This document shows, piece by piece, positions 44,470-55,016 of a DNA stretch of 64,000 bases (position 1 is the stretch's first letter; the number at the start of each line of letters is the position of its first letter). A program made the position numbers and the translations under genes. Location of the stretch: assembly GCF_002256775.1 (NCBI RefSeq), contig NZ_NCII01000014.1, forward strand, positions 6,715 to 70,714, given 5' to 3'. Below the pieces are notes generated by a model that was not told the DNA's origin, searched no databases, and saw only the letters and a list, made by a program, of their open reading frames with translations. Source of the stretch: Novosphingobium sp. 17-62-19 (GTDB lineage: Bacteria > Pseudomonadota > Alphaproteobacteria > Sphingomonadales > Sphingomonadaceae).

Positions 44470-45429
44470 TCACTCCCACGGCTTCACTTCGCCCGGCTCC
44501 AGCCGCCGGATCGTTTCCAGCCTGCGCGTTTGGCGCGTTTCCAGGCCCAGCGTCATCAAGGGCTGCGGACGTTCGACGAATTGGCGTGGCCCCATGCCGA
44601 ACAGTTCGGTAAATTCGCGGATCAGGTGGCTCTGATCGTAATAGCGCAAGGCGATGGCCTCGGCCTCGGCGTGGTCGGCCACGCCGCGCAGATGGCTGGC
44701 CATGTCGAGTGCGCGGGCACGGCGAAGGACTTGCTTCGGCGGCATACCAAAATCGCGGCGTACGATACGCTCAAGCCTGCGCTGTTCTACGCCGAATTCT
44801 TCGGCAACGCGGGCGACGCTTACGGTGGGATCTGCGAACGCAGCGGCTTCGAAACGGGCCGAAATGGGATCAGGTTCACGCACCGCGCGATCGGCAATCA
44901 GGCTGCGCATTTCGTATTCCATGGCCCTGACCCAATCTTCGGGGGTATCGTTGGGGTGGCATAAGTCCAGCCAGCGCTCTTCAGGCAGGCCGAGATCGGT
45001 AAACGTTTCAAGCCGGTCCACCAGATCCGCCAGCTTTGGTCCGTTCAGCGCGTGGCAGACACCGGGCCGCAGGAAAACACCGACGCTGATGAAGCTGCCG
45101 GTCACGCTGATCGGCATACGCCGGGATTGGGGGCCGAACATCATGGCGGCGTTGTCTGCGGACTTGAGACCGACCGCTGTTTCTGCCTGCCAGTTGCCGC
45201 GCAGCTGCATACGGATACAAGCAAAATCGCTGAGCAATCCGCAATCGAGGCGGTGTTCAGGCGGGGCGTTGACAATGGTCACGTAAAAACGGCCAACCCA
45301 GCGTTCAAGATCTGCCGCTGGTGCGCGGCTGTACGATATTGGCTGGCCATCACGCGTGGCGTTCGGCGATGCTATCGCGCGGTCAACACCGGGTGATCTT
45401 TCCGTCCCCGGCCGACTGTTCCGTGTCAT
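44470..45429 (-). CDS. AraC family transcriptional regulator
   Basis: C-terminal double HTH (VARVAEEFGVEQRRLERIVRRDFGMPPKQVLRRARA...YYDQSHLIREFTELFGMGPRQF). Trimmed to ATG 45429. Confidence 0.8.
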   Translation of the reverse strand: MTRNSRPGTERSPGVDRAIASPNATRDGQPISYSRAPAADLERWVGRFYVTIVNAPPEHRLDCGLLSDFACIRMQLRGNWQAETAVGLKSADNAAMMFGPQSRRMPISVTGSFISVGVFLRPGVCHALNGPKLADLVDRLETFTDLGLPEERWLDLCHPNDTPEDWVRAMEYEMRSLIADRAVREPDPISARFEAAAFADPTVSVARVAEEFGVEQRRLERIVRRDFGMPPKQVLRRARALDMASHLRGVADHAEAEAIALRYYDQSHLIREFTELFGMGPRQFVERPQPLMTLGLETRQTRRLETIRRLEPGEVKPWE

Positions 45430-45596
45430 TCTAACTGCGCCCCCAAGGCAACTCATATTGGCGTTGTAGTGCCCCCACACCAAATCGCCTGTGCGTCCTG
45501 TCACGCTGCAACGGATGATACAACAGCTTGCTTCGGTGCCAGGAATTCTCGTCTGGCGGGTTGACCCTTTGATGTAGAGGCATAAACACCTGCGGC

Positions 45597-46376
45597 ATGA
45601 AACTTGATCAGGACATCGCCCTCGCCATACGCCTTGCCGGTGCAGCTGCTGCGGCAATTCGTCCTTACTTTCGGACAGTTGCTGCCGAACGCAAGGACGA
45701 TGCGACGCCCGTGACGCTGGCTGACCGAGCAGCGGAAGAAGCCATGCGCCGTATCCTGACCGCCGAAGTTCCGCGCGATACCGTGATCGGGGAGGAGTTC
45801 GGTTCGACCGCAGGCAGTTCAGGGCGCAGCTGGGTACTTGATCCGATTGACGGAACGGCGGGCTTTCTTGCTGGGCGCCCCATCTTTGGCACGCTGATCG
45901 CGTTGATGGTTGAGGGCTTCCCGGTGCTGGGCGTGATCGATCAGCCGATCATCGGGGAGCGCTGGATCGGGGCGATGGGCATGGAAACTACGCTCAATGG
46001 CAAGCCCGTGCGCACGCGCCTCTGCCGCGAACTGTCGGAGGCCACGTTGGCGACCACAGGGCCGCACTACTTCGATGATCACGATGGTGGGCACTTCATG
46101 GGCCTTGCCGCCAAGACCGATCACAAACGCATGGTCATGGGCGGGGATTGCTACAACTATGCCATGCTGGCGACGGGGCAGCTTGATGTGGTGTGCGAAG
46201 CTGGCCTGAAGATCCACGACTGGGCAGCGCTAGTGCCGGTGGTCGAAGGCGCAGGCGGGACAATGGCTGATTGGAACGGCGAGCCGCTCCATGCAGGCTC
46301 GGATGGCCACGTGATTGCGCTCGGCGATCCGGCACGGCTGGATGATGTGGTCGAGGCACTGGCCTGCGCGCATTGA
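45597..46376 (+). CDS. inositol monophosphatase family protein (possibly histidinol-phosphatase HisN)
   Basis: TLADRAAEE, WVLDPIDGT and GGDCYNYAMLATGQLD are IMPase-fold metal-binding motifs. Confidence 0.8.
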   Translation: MKLDQDIALAIRLAGAAAAAIRPYFRTVAAERKDDATPVTLADRAAEEAMRRILTAEVPRDTVIGEEFGSTAGSSGRSWVLDPIDGTAGFLAGRPIFGTLIALMVEGFPVLGVIDQPIIGERWIGAMGMETTLNGKPVRTRLCRELSEATLATTGPHYFDDHDGGHFMGLAAKTDHKRMVMGGDCYNYAMLATGQLDVVCEAGLKIHDWAALVPVVEGAGGTMADWNGEPLHAGSDGHVIALGDPARLDDVVEALACAH

Positions 46377-46402
46377 GCCACGCGCGTCGGGTTGTGCAGG
46401 GG

Positions 46403-47284
46403 CTATAGCCCCGCGCGCAGCATCCATTCGTGGAAAAGGCGCACCGGACGCGATTGCAGCGCGCGCGGGCGGCAGACGAACCAGTAAGAATAGGGGCTGT
46501 CCACGTCGATGTCATAGAGGCGGGCAAGGCGCGAATCGTGGCTGCGATGATAGTGATCGTCATGCATGATCGCGATGCCAAGGCCCTGGGCTGCGGCTTC
46601 GAGGATCAGCTGGCCTGAATCGAAATGGTCGATTGCGGCTGGCTCCAGCTTTTCGAGATGCAGAGCCTTCTTCCACGCCTCGAAACTTGCCGGAAGATCA
46701 TTGTGGACAAGGAACGTCTGCTTTGAAAGCTTCTCCACATCAGGGCGTTCGCCCAGTTCCTCTGCCAGTGCGGTCGATGTGATGGCGTGGACGCGGTTGT
46801 GATCGAGCCGCACCGAATGGAGCGAGGCGTCCGGCCCTTCGGACAGGACGATGGCCGCATCGATGGTGTCGCCCAGCTTGGTTTCGGCGGCATGGCCCGA
46901 ATCGATGTCGATGTGCAGTTGCGGGTGCAGTTTGCGCAGTTCTCCCAGCCGCGGGAACAGGCGCTGGCTGCCGAACAAGGGCAACACGCCCAGCCGCAAC
47001 CGCATGACTTTGCCAGTATCGATCAGGCGGTCCACCCGGTCGGCCATCTCGTCAATCAGCGGGGCAACTGCATCGTAAAGCTGCTGGCCTTCCTCGGTAA
47101 GCTTCAGCGCCTGATGCTTGCGCTCGAACATCGGCTTGCCGACGAAATCCTCCAGCGCGCCAAGGCGGCGTGACAGGGCCGAGGGGCTGAGCGCCAGTTC
47201 AGCCGCTGCCGTCTTGGCCGAACCTGCCCGCACGACGCGAATGAACGCCTCGAGCGAACGCAGGGGAGGAAGGCGGCGGATCAT
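46403..47284 (-). CDS. LysR family transcriptional regulator
   Basis: N-terminal HTH LRSLEAFIRVVRAGSAKTAAAELALSPSALSRRLGALE followed by a LysR substrate-binding domain. Confidence 0.85.
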   Translation of the reverse strand: MIRRLPPLRSLEAFIRVVRAGSAKTAAAELALSPSALSRRLGALEDFVGKPMFERKHQALKLTEEGQQLYDAVAPLIDEMADRVDRLIDTGKVMRLRLGVLPLFGSQRLFPRLGELRKLHPQLHIDIDSGHAAETKLGDTIDAAIVLSEGPDASLHSVRLDHNRVHAITSTALAEELGERPDVEKLSKQTFLVHNDLPASFEAWKKALHLEKLEPAAIDHFDSGQLILEAAAQGLGIAIMHDDHYHRSHDSRLARLYDIDVDSPYSYWFVCRPRALQSRPVRLFHEWMLRAGL

Positions 47285-47293
47285 CGTTTTGCC

Positions 47294-48235
47294 CTATTCT
47301 TCAACAGTAACTTCGGTGCGCGGTGCGTGAAGGCGCAACCGCGTGAGGCGGCGTTCATCGCCTCCGGTCACTTCCAGCCGCCAGCCGCTGGGATGTTCCA
47401 GCACCCGCCCGACTGGAGGCACTTCGCCCGCCAATACCACGGCAAGTCCGCCCAGCGTATCCACGTCTTCCTCCACTTCGGCAAGACGTGGATCAACGAT
47501 TTCCGCTACGTCATCCAGTTCTGCACGGGCATCTGCGTCCCAGGTTTCGGGATCGATGCGGCGGAGCAGTTCTTCCGGCGCGTCATCGTGCTCATCCTCG
47601 ATCTCGCCGATGATCTCTTCGACAAGGTCTTCGATGGTGATGATCCCATCGGTTCCAGAATATTCATCGATGACCACGGCAAGGTGCGTACGCTTGCTGC
47701 GCATATCGGCCAATACGTCAAGCGCGCCCCGTGCCTGAGGCACGAACAAGGGCTGGCGCATCAGGCTGGTCCAATCCTTAGGGGCGGGCTTGTTTGACAG
47801 CAGCATACCCGCAACGATCGTGAATACGTCCTTCACGTGGATCATGCCGATGATCTCGTCGAGCGATTCGCCGTAGACGGGCATCCGGCTGTGGCCATTC
47901 TCTGCAAACGAGGCGACCATTTCCTCGAACGTGGCCGATGCAGCCACAGCGATGATTTCGCCGCGCGGGATTGCTACGTCGTCGGCATCGTGCTCGCTGA
48001 AATGGAGCAGATTGCGCAGCATCTGGCGCTCAAGCGGAACCAGATCGCCGTTGTTTGCACCTGTGCGGGGCTTTTCACCCTCGTGCTCGTCGATCGCTTC
48101 CTCGATCTGCGCACGGAGCGATTGATCGTTGTCCGGCCCTTTGAAGAAAGCCCTGATCGCGCGCCATAGCGTTCGATTACTACTGTCTGCGTCTCCTGAT
48201 CGGCTGTCGCCGGCGGAGTCATTGCCCTCGGGCAC
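47294..48235 (-). CDS. corC: CBS-pair / CorC_HlyC domain protein (YbeX/CorC, TlyC-like)
   Basis: CBS pair followed by LAVVIDEYSGTDGIITIEDLVEEIIGEIEDEHD. It sits at the ybeX position of the phoH-ybeY-ybeX block. Confidence 0.8.
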   Translation of the reverse strand: MPEGNDSAGDSRSGDADSSNRTLWRAIRAFFKGPDNDQSLRAQIEEAIDEHEGEKPRTGANNGDLVPLERQMLRNLLHFSEHDADDVAIPRGEIIAVAASATFEEMVASFAENGHSRMPVYGESLDEIIGMIHVKDVFTIVAGMLLSNKPAPKDWTSLMRQPLFVPQARGALDVLADMRSKRTHLAVVIDEYSGTDGIITIEDLVEEIIGEIEDEHDDAPEELLRRIDPETWDADARAELDDVAEIVDPRLAEVEEDVDTLGGLAVVLAGEVPPVGRVLEHPSGWRLEVTGGDERRLTRLRLHAPRTEVTVEE

Positions 48236-48255
48236 TTCGGTATTCCCCTTCGTGG

Positions 48256-48759
48256 TCAGTCTTCGACCGCATATGGGTCGGCAATGCCCATGAGCGCAAG
48301 CGACTTCCGCTCCAGTTCCTCCATTTCCTCGGCCTGTGCGTCGCCCAGTTCATGGTCGTACCCGGCAAGGTGGAGCAATCCGTGGACGATCAGGTGCGTG
48401 GCGTGGATATCCACCGAGACACCTTTATCCAAAGCTTCGCGCGTGCAGACACCGTGGGCGAGGATCATGTCTCCCAGCATCCCCGGCGCGCTTTCATCAG
48501 CGGCGGCGTGCAATACTTCCTCGCGGCTGAGCATGGGGAAGGACAGAACGTTGGTGGGCTTGTCCTTGGCCCGCCACTGCTTGTTCAGCGCATGGACCTC
48601 TTCATCATCGGCCATGACGAGGCTGATCAGCAGGTTCTCATGCGCAAGTTCAGGCGCAATCCGCGCCGTAGCTTCGGCCGCACGGTTGGCGAGCGCTTCC
48701 CAGTCTATCTCATCGCCCCAGATTGGGTCGATGTCGATTTCCAGTATCGGAGCGCTCAT
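48256..48759 (-). CDS. ybeY: rRNA maturation endoribonuclease YbeY
   Basis: Zinc motif HLIVHGLLHLAGYDH. Confidence 0.92.
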   Translation of the reverse strand: MSAPILEIDIDPIWGDEIDWEALANRAAEATARIAPELAHENLLISLVMADDEEVHALNKQWRAKDKPTNVLSFPMLSREEVLHAAADESAPGMLGDMILAHGVCTREALDKGVSVDIHATHLIVHGLLHLAGYDHELGDAQAEEMEELERKSLALMGIADPYAVED

Positions 48760-49817
48760 ACGTCACTGCCATCATTCTTGCCTTCATAGGCCTCGACGAT
48801 GCGCCCGACGATCGGATGGCGCACCACATCTGCGGTGTTGAAGCGGACCGTGGCGATGCCTTCCACGCCTTCCAGGCGCTTGACGGCATCGTTGAGGCCA
48901 CTCGCGCTGACGCCGCCGGGCAAATCGACCTGCTTGGGGTCACCGCAGATCACCATGCGGCTGTTCTGGCCAAAGCGGGTGAGGAACATCTTCATCTGCG
49001 CCGGCGTTGTGTTTTGCGCCTCGTCGAGAATCACGAAAGCATCGGCGAGCGTTCGGCCACGCATGAAGGCAATCGGCGCAATTTCGATTTCAGCGCTGGC
49101 AAGGCGGCGCTCTACCTGTTCGGGCGGCATACAATCGTAAAGTGCGTCATAAAGCGGGCGCAGATAAGGATCGACCTTTTCCTTCATGTCGCCGGGCAGG
49201 AAGCCCAGCCGTTCGCCTGCTTCCACAGCCGGACGTGACAGGATCAGACGTTGAACCGAACCGGAAATAAGCTGCGCCACGGCCTGTGCCACGGCGAGGT
49301 AGGTCTTGCCGGTGCCTGCCGGGCCAAGCGCAAAGATCACGTCATGGCTGACCAGTGCACGCATATAGTCGATCTGCGTCGCCGAGCGCGGGACGATGGT
49401 CTTCTTGCGTGTGCGGATCATGATGGGTGGCGCACCGCCGGGTGCCCCGGTGATGATGCCTTCCAGCGTCGGCTCCACACTCATCGCAATCAGCGAATCG
49501 ACTGCGCCTGAATCCACCTCCTGCCCCAACAGCAGGCGTTGATGCATACCTTTGAGAACATCGCGCGCGCGCGCTACGGGATCGTCCGGCCCTTCGATCA
49601 CCACGCGGTTGCCGCGCGCGGAAATAAACACTCCCAGCCGGTTCTCCAGAAGCACGAGATTGGTGTCGAACTGGCCGAACAGCGCGCCAAGCACCGTCTG
49701 CTCGTCAAATTCAACCTCAACCCTGGCTCGCCCCATATGGCCAGCACGCGGCTGTCCAAGGCGATGTTGTTCGGGCCGGTGATGCGCTTCATCAGCGCGG
49801 GGGAATTTTCGGGCCAT
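48756..49817 (-). CDS. phoH: PhoH-family ATPase (YbeZ)
   Basis: Walker A GPAGTGKTYLAV, plus ILSRPAVEAGE.LGFLPGD and VILDEAQN. Confidence 0.9.
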   Translation of the reverse strand: MARKFPRADEAHHRPEQHRLGQPRAGHMGRARVEVEFDEQTVLGALFGQFDTNLVLLENRLGVFISARGNRVVIEGPDDPVARARDVLKGMHQRLLLGQEVDSGAVDSLIAMSVEPTLEGIITGAPGGAPPIMIRTRKKTIVPRSATQIDYMRALVSHDVIFALGPAGTGKTYLAVAQAVAQLISGSVQRLILSRPAVEAGERLGFLPGDMKEKVDPYLRPLYDALYDCMPPEQVERRLASAEIEIAPIAFMRGRTLADAFVILDEAQNTTPAQMKMFLTRFGQNSRMVICGDPKQVDLPGGVSASGLNDAVKRLEGVEGIATVRFNTADVVRHPIVGRIVEAYEGKNDGSDV

Positions 49818-49918
49818 GCGCTCCTTTTGCGTTGGGCCTTGGCGAAAGAAGGCCTGACTCAGAGCATAAGAACGGATGTTGCGCAGACAAGACGCTGAGC
49901 GACTATTCCACAGAGGTA

Positions 49919-51256
49919 TTAGACAAGATGCCCGGAAAGGGAGTTTGGCCCGGCATCAACCAGTTCGACAGTGACCATCGATCCAATGTCCGCCTCACCG
50001 ATGAAATGCACCGATTGCAGCCACGGAGACTTGCCCAGCCACTGGCCGGGAAGCTTGCCCTTCCGTTCAACCAGAACATCGCAGGTCTTGCCCACGCTGG
50101 CCTTGTTGAAGGCCCACTGATCGCGGTTAAGTGCTGCCTGAAGGCGTTGGAGCCGTTCATCCATCACGCTGGCAGGCACGTGATCTGCCATTGTGGCAGC
50201 AGGGGTGCCGGGGCGGGGGGAATACTTGAAGCTGAAGGCCTGCGCATAGCCAACCGCATCGACAAGCCGCAGTGTGTCCTCGAACTCCGCCTCGGTCTCG
50301 CCTGGGAAGCCGACGATGAAATCGCCCGACAGCGCTATATCAGGCCGGACGGCGCGGATGCGTTCGAGCAGGCGAAGATAGCTCTCCGTAGTATGGCTGC
50401 GGTTCATGGCCTTCAGCACGCGGTCGTTGCCAGCCTGCACAGGCAAATGGAGGAATGGCATCAGCTTTTCCAGTTCGCCATGTGCGGCGATCAAGCCGTC
50501 GGTCATGTCGTTGGGATGGCTGGTGGTATAACGGATACGCTTGAGGTCCGGCTCTGCCGCGAGCGCACGAGCAAGGCCATCTAGGCCTACCGGACGACCC
50601 TTGTCATCCTCGCCTGTCCAGGCATTGACGTTCTGGCCCAGCAGTGTGATTTCACGCGCGCCGCCTGCGACCAGCAGCTTGGCCTCTTCTACCAGATCGG
50701 CGAACGGGCGGCTGATTTCCGCGCCGCGCGTATAGGGCACGACGCAATAGGTGCAGAACTTGTCGCACCCTTCCTGCACCGTCAGAAAGGCGGTGGGCGC
50801 GGATTTGCGGCGCTTGGGCAGTGCGGCAAACTTGGCCTCGGCAGGCATATCGGTTTCGGTCGAGCGTTTTCCAGCGGCGGCATCTGCGACCATGGCAGGC
50901 AGGCGATGATAGGACTGGGGGCCTACCACGACCTTCACGCCGGGCGCGCGCGCCATTATTTCTTCGCCCTCTGCTTGCGCGACGCAACCGGCCACTGCAA
51001 TCATCGGGGCAGAGCCGTCCTCCCGGCGTCCATCTTTCATCAGGCGGCCGATGTCGGAGTACACTTTCTCCGTCGCTTTTTCGCGGATGTGGCAGGTGTT
51101 GAGCACGACCAGATCGGCGTTCTCGCCTTCCGCAGCCACGGTCATGCCCTCTGCGCCAAGCAGTTCAGCCATGCGTTCGCCATCATAGACATTCATCTGG
51201 CAGCCGAAGCTTTTGACGCGGAAGGTTTTGGGGGCAGGTGTGTGGGAAGTCGCCAT
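49919..51256 (-). CDS. miaB: tRNA (N6-isopentenyl adenosine(37)-C2)-methylthiotransferase MiaB
   Basis: [14 protein letters not shown], the radical-SAM motif [13 protein letters not shown] and a C-terminal TRAM domain. Trimmed to ATG 51256. Confidence 0.92.
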   Translation of the reverse strand: MATSHTPAPKTFRVKSFGCQMNVYDGERMAELLGAEGMTVAAEGENADLVVLNTCHIREKATEKVYSDIGRLMKDGRREDGSAPMIAVAGCVAQAEGEEIMARAPGVKVVVGPQSYHRLPAMVADAAAGKRSTETDMPAEAKFAALPKRRKSAPTAFLTVQEGCDKFCTYCVVPYTRGAEISRPFADLVEEAKLLVAGGAREITLLGQNVNAWTGEDDKGRPVGLDGLARALAAEPDLKRIRYTTSHPNDMTDGLIAAHGELEKLMPFLHLPVQAGNDRVLKAMNRSHTTESYLRLLERIRAVRPDIALSGDFIVGFPGETEAEFEDTLRLVDAVGYAQAFSFKYSPRPGTPAATMADHVPASVMDERLQRLQAALNRDQWAFNKASVGKTCDVLVERKGKLPGQWLGKSPWLQSVHFIGEADIGSMVTVELVDAGPNSLSGHLV

Positions 51257-51290
51257 AGGCCGCGCCGATAAGCGATTTCGCGCGGTTTGG

Positions 51291-52064
51291 CTACCGGCGC
51301 TGCGCCATCTGCGTGATGATGCGATCACGCGCAGCGGTGGCCATGGTCTTGCGATTCGCCGTTTCATCGGGCGTGAGCGGATCGAGGAAGTGAACAGTCA
51401 CGGCAATGGCCTTGCGTCGGGCGAGCAGTTTGAGGAAATTGTCGAGGCCATGCTCTTCGCCCACCCATGCGATGGACGCAGGATCGAGGCCATAATCGAT
51501 CCATAGTGGCTGTATGGCGATGCCCGGCGGCGGCGGGTCTAGTGCGGAAAGCAACGAGGATTTGAACGGTAGCAGTCCGGTGCCATCGCTTGTCGTGCCT
51601 TCGGGGAATACTGTCAGTGCGCCCGTGTCCGTCAACGCTGCACGGACACTTGCGACTTGTTCATGAACCGAGCGCCGGTTGTGGCGTGCGATGAAGACCG
51701 TGTCATTCATTTCACACAGCCATTTGAGCAGGCCAATCTCGGCCAGGCCCGAATGTGCGACGAATGCGCTGCCGCTGGCTCCGGCGATCACGGGGATGTC
51801 CAGCCAACTGACATGGTTGGACAGCAGGAATGCCCCGCCCTGCGTCTTTTCACCGGTTATGCGGACGCGCGCTCCGGCAATCCACGCAATCCCGCCAAGG
51901 AACAGGCGAGGCCACGGATTGTGCAGCCTTGTGATGCGCCAGAGATAATAGAGCGGAACGCAAGCCAGCAGCAGAAGCAGCATAGCGGCGATGCGCAATG
52001 CGATGCGCAAGCGCCCGGCCAGCGAAATAGCCGGACGCGGTATCGCCTCAGCTTTCGCGTTCAA
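51291..52064 (-). CDS. plsC: lysophospholipid (1-acyl-sn-glycerol-3-phosphate) acyltransferase
   Basis: HxxxxD motif NHVSWLD and the FPEGTTS motif. N-terminal TM anchor. Confidence 0.85.
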   Translation of the reverse strand: MNAKAEAIPRPAISLAGRLRIALRIAAMLLLLLACVPLYYLWRITRLHNPWPRLFLGGIAWIAGARVRITGEKTQGGAFLLSNHVSWLDIPVIAGASGSAFVAHSGLAEIGLLKWLCEMNDTVFIARHNRRSVHEQVASVRAALTDTGALTVFPEGTTSDGTGLLPFKSSLLSALDPPPPGIAIQPLWIDYGLDPASIAWVGEEHGLDNFLKLLARRKAIAVTVHFLDPLTPDETANRKTMATAARDRIITQMAQRR

Positions 52065-52542
52065 GCCGGACGCCGTAAAGCTCCATGCGGTGATCGACGA
52101 GCCGGTAGCCGAGCTTTTCGGCGATCTGACGCTGGAGTTGTTCGAGTTCGGGATCGACGAATTCGATCACTTTGCCGGTTTCGACATCGATCAGATGATC
52201 GTGATGTGCCTCTGGCGTCGCCTCATAGCGGGCGCGGCCATCGCCGAAATCGTGACGGTCAAGAATGCCTGCCTCTTCGAACAGACGGACCGTGCGATAG
52301 ACCGTAGCAATCGAAATACGCGAATCGATAGCCGATGCGCGCTCGTGCAGTTTTTCCACGTCGGGATGGTCTTCGCTTTCCGACAGGACGCGCGCAATGG
52401 TGCGACGCTGGTCGGTGATGCGCAGTCCACGTTCTGCGCAAAGAGCTTCAATGTCGATCGCCTGGTGCACTGGGATCTCGTCAAAAAAAGGATCGGCCCG
52501 CCAGTCTATAGACAGGCGGGCCAAATCTTCAACCGCGCGCAA
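52048..52542 (-). CDS. fur: Fur family transcriptional regulator
   Basis: RITDQRR.I..VL, SIATVYRT.RLFEEAGI and HHDHLID. The N-terminal boundary is uncertain. Confidence 0.8.
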   Translation of the reverse strand: MRAVEDLARLSIDWRADPFFDEIPVHQAIDIEALCAERGLRITDQRRTIARVLSESEDHPDVEKLHERASAIDSRISIATVYRTVRLFEEAGILDRHDFGDGRARYEATPEAHHDHLIDVETGKVIEFVDPELEQLQRQIAEKLGYRLVDHRMELYGVRLERES

Positions 52543-52568
52543 TCGTATTGCGCACAGTGCCGTCGTTC

Positions 52569-53012
52569 TTAGGCGGCGGTGGCGGGCTTGCGGCCACGCT
52601 TGGGCGCAGGCTTGCGGCCAAGGCCGATCTTCTTGGCCAGTTCGCGGCGCTTTTCGGCATAGGCTGGCGCGACCATCGGATAGTCAGCAGGCAGATTCCA
52701 GCGTGTGCGATACTGATCCGGGGTCATGTTGTAGCGCGTAGCAAGGTGGCGCTTCAGCATCTTCAACTTCTTGCCGTCTTCAAGACAGACGATGTGATCG
52801 TTCTTTATCGAAGAGCGGATCGAAACTGCTGGTTCCGGTGCTGGTTCTTCAACCGGGGCTGGCTTTTCGAGGCCGGCGAGCGCGGTATAGACGTTGGTGA
52901 TCAGCGTTGGCAGATCGCTGACGGCGACACTGTTGTTGCTCACGTGGGCAGCGACAATGTCAGAAGTGAGCGTGATCAGCGTCTCCCGCATATCATTTTG
53001 AATTTCATTCAT
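52569..53012 (-). CDS. mucR: MucR/Ros family zinc-finger transcriptional regulator
   Basis: LTSDIVAAHVSNN and IVCLEDGKKLKMLKRHLATRYNMTPDQYRTRWNLPADYPMVAPAYA are canonical Ros/MucR sequences. Confidence 0.92.
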   Translation of the reverse strand: MNEIQNDMRETLITLTSDIVAAHVSNNSVAVSDLPTLITNVYTALAGLEKPAPVEEPAPEPAVSIRSSIKNDHIVCLEDGKKLKMLKRHLATRYNMTPDQYRTRWNLPADYPMVAPAYAEKRRELAKKIGLGRKPAPKRGRKPATAA

Positions 53013-53177
53013 TGCGAACCGGCTTTCTTTGCTGGTGAGATTGAGGATCGACTGCCATCAATTGTGGTTGGTGATCCAAGTCACGCTGTATAGTCCCCTT
53101 AACGAAAGATACAACCATTGAGGCCGTTTTTTTTTGAATCGGTAGTGACCCTGTGCCAGATGATTGTAAGTATCGGG

Positions 53178-53651
53178 TCAGTCTTGGAAAGACAGCTCTT
53201 GGCTGATTGCATCAATGCGGTTGCCGTCCGGTGTCCTGTAATAGGACGGCCTCACCCCAATCTCGTGGAAACCGTGTGCCGCATACAGAAAAGCAGCCGG
53301 ATTTCCGCGCCGCATTTCAAGGAAAATGCGGGACATGCCATTGTTTTTTGCCGAAACTATGAAACGTGACAGCAGAATATGCCCCAACCCCCGTCGGCGG
53401 TATTGCGGCGCAATCGCAAAAAGAAGTAGTTCTTCTTCATCAAGAATGCCGCGACTCATGAAGAAGCCCGCAGTATCTGCCTCTTCAGACAGTTGTTCTG
53501 CCCCATCCGCACCGATCAAACCATAACGGCAACTACCTACGACAAGTGCATCGCTAACCTGTCGTCTGTTCCAGGCTTCACCATATTCGGGGGAGAAGGC
53601 TTGCTCCATGACCGACATGATCCGGTCGATATCGTCAGGAGGAGCGATCAT
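53178..53651 (-). CDS. rimI: ribosomal-protein-alanine N-acetyltransferase RimI
   Basis: GNAT acetyl-CoA motif PQYRRRGLG. Sits downstream of tsaB, as in the conserved tsaB-rimI pair. Confidence 0.8.
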   Translation of the reverse strand: MIAPPDDIDRIMSVMEQAFSPEYGEAWNRRQVSDALVVGSCRYGLIGADGAEQLSEEADTAGFFMSRGILDEEELLLFAIAPQYRRRGLGHILLSRFIVSAKNNGMSRIFLEMRRGNPAAFLYAAHGFHEIGVRPSYYRTPDGNRIDAISQELSFQD

Positions 53652-53671
53652 GGAGCCAGTGGTGCCTCGGT

Positions 53672-54292
53672 TCAGGCAGCGGCCGACGGTAACCGCGCGT
53701 CGGGCGCGCGTCCGTAGCTTGGCCTCGGATCAGCGATGAGGCGGGCCACGGAAAGCAAAGGATAGCTACGTGCGTCGGGCCGCAGGTCGGCCACGGCCAC
53801 ATTGCCAAGCCGTTCCGCCAGTGCGTGCGCCTGGCTGCCCGCGACCAGTGGAGCATTGCTGCGCGCGCAGGCGTCATCGGGATGAAGCGAAATTACCGGC
53901 GCAAGCGGTTCGCCATCGGCGGCAAAGGGTTGGAAGAACCATTCACCGTGGCCTCCGGTCATGCACACATCAATGGCGGTGTTGGGATGTTGGTCGTGCG
54001 CCATCGCAGCGACGAGGCTCAGGCTTTCATACCCCTCTACCCGCGCGTTCCACGCAAGACCGAGTGCACGCGCCGCAGCAAGGCCGACGCGGATGCCAGT
54101 AAAGCTGCCTGGGCCAATATCGACCGCGATCACGTCAGCGTGCCCCTTGTTGGGCAGTGCAGCGATCATCGGTACGAGCCGTTCGGCATGGCCGCGTCCG
54201 AGCGTCAGGCATTCACCCGCAAGCAGTTCTCCGTCTTCGAACAAGGCGACCGAACAGGCTTCCGTCGCGCTGTCGATCACCAGCCTGCGCAT
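53672..54292 (-). CDS. tsaB: tRNA threonylcarbamoyladenosine biosynthesis protein TsaB
   Basis: MRRLVIDSATEACSVAL......L and GPGSFTGIRVGLAAARALGLA. Confidence 0.88.
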   Translation of the reverse strand: MRRLVIDSATEACSVALFEDGELLAGECLTLGRGHAERLVPMIAALPNKGHADVIAVDIGPGSFTGIRVGLAAARALGLAWNARVEGYESLSLVAAMAHDQHPNTAIDVCMTGGHGEWFFQPFAADGEPLAPVISLHPDDACARSNAPLVAGSQAHALAERLGNVAVADLRPDARSYPLLSVARLIADPRPSYGRAPDARLPSAAA

Positions 54293-54871
54293 TCAGGCGG
54301 CGCGCACTTCGCTGACTTCGGGGACGTAGTGCTTGAGCAGGCTTTCGATGCCGTTCTTGAGCGTGGCCGACGATGACGGGCAGCCCGAACACGCGCCCTG
54401 CATTTGCAGATAGACAACGCCTTCGCGAAAGCCACGATAGATGATGTCGCCGCCATCGTTGGCGACAGCGGGGCGAACGCGGGTTTCGATCAAATCCTTG
54501 ATCTGTTCGATCACGTCGGCATCTGCCGGATCATCAGCAAAGTCATCGTCTGCTTCGGCAGGTACGGCGATGCCGCCAGCGCTGCCCGGCATGAACAGCG
54601 GGGCTTGTGAAACGAAGTGATCGAGCAATATCGAAAGCACCTGCGGCTTCAGCGAGGGCCATTCGACGCCGGGCGCGGCAGTGACCGAAACGAAATCACG
54701 GCCGAAGAACACGCCGGTCACATCGCCAAGATCGAACAATGCCTGCGCCAACGGTGATACCTCTGCCGCTTCGGGCGAGGTGAACTCGCGCGTGCCGGTT
54801 GGCATCACCTGCTCGCCGGGGAGGAACTTCAGCGTTGCCGGGTTGGGCGTGGTTTCGGTCTCTATGAACAT
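54293..54871 (-). CDS. NifU-family Fe-S assembly protein (Nfu_N + NifU C-terminal domains)
   Basis: MFIETETTPNPATLKFLPG and a C-terminal GACSGCPSS. The start is ATG 54871. Confidence 0.85.
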   Translation of the reverse strand: MFIETETTPNPATLKFLPGEQVMPTGTREFTSPEAAEVSPLAQALFDLGDVTGVFFGRDFVSVTAAPGVEWPSLKPQVLSILLDHFVSQAPLFMPGSAGGIAVPAEADDDFADDPADADVIEQIKDLIETRVRPAVANDGGDIIYRGFREGVVYLQMQGACSGCPSSSATLKNGIESLLKHYVPEVSEVRAA

Positions 54872-55016
54872 GACTTGCATGTAGGACGGTGGCGCGGGGG
54901 GTCAAGTGGCTGGAGCCGTTGAAAATGCCAGTCTGACAAGGCTGGATGACGAATTATCCGCACTCAACGTCAAACCGCGCATGGCGCGCTTCGCGTGGCC
55001 TCGCTATGGCATTTCG

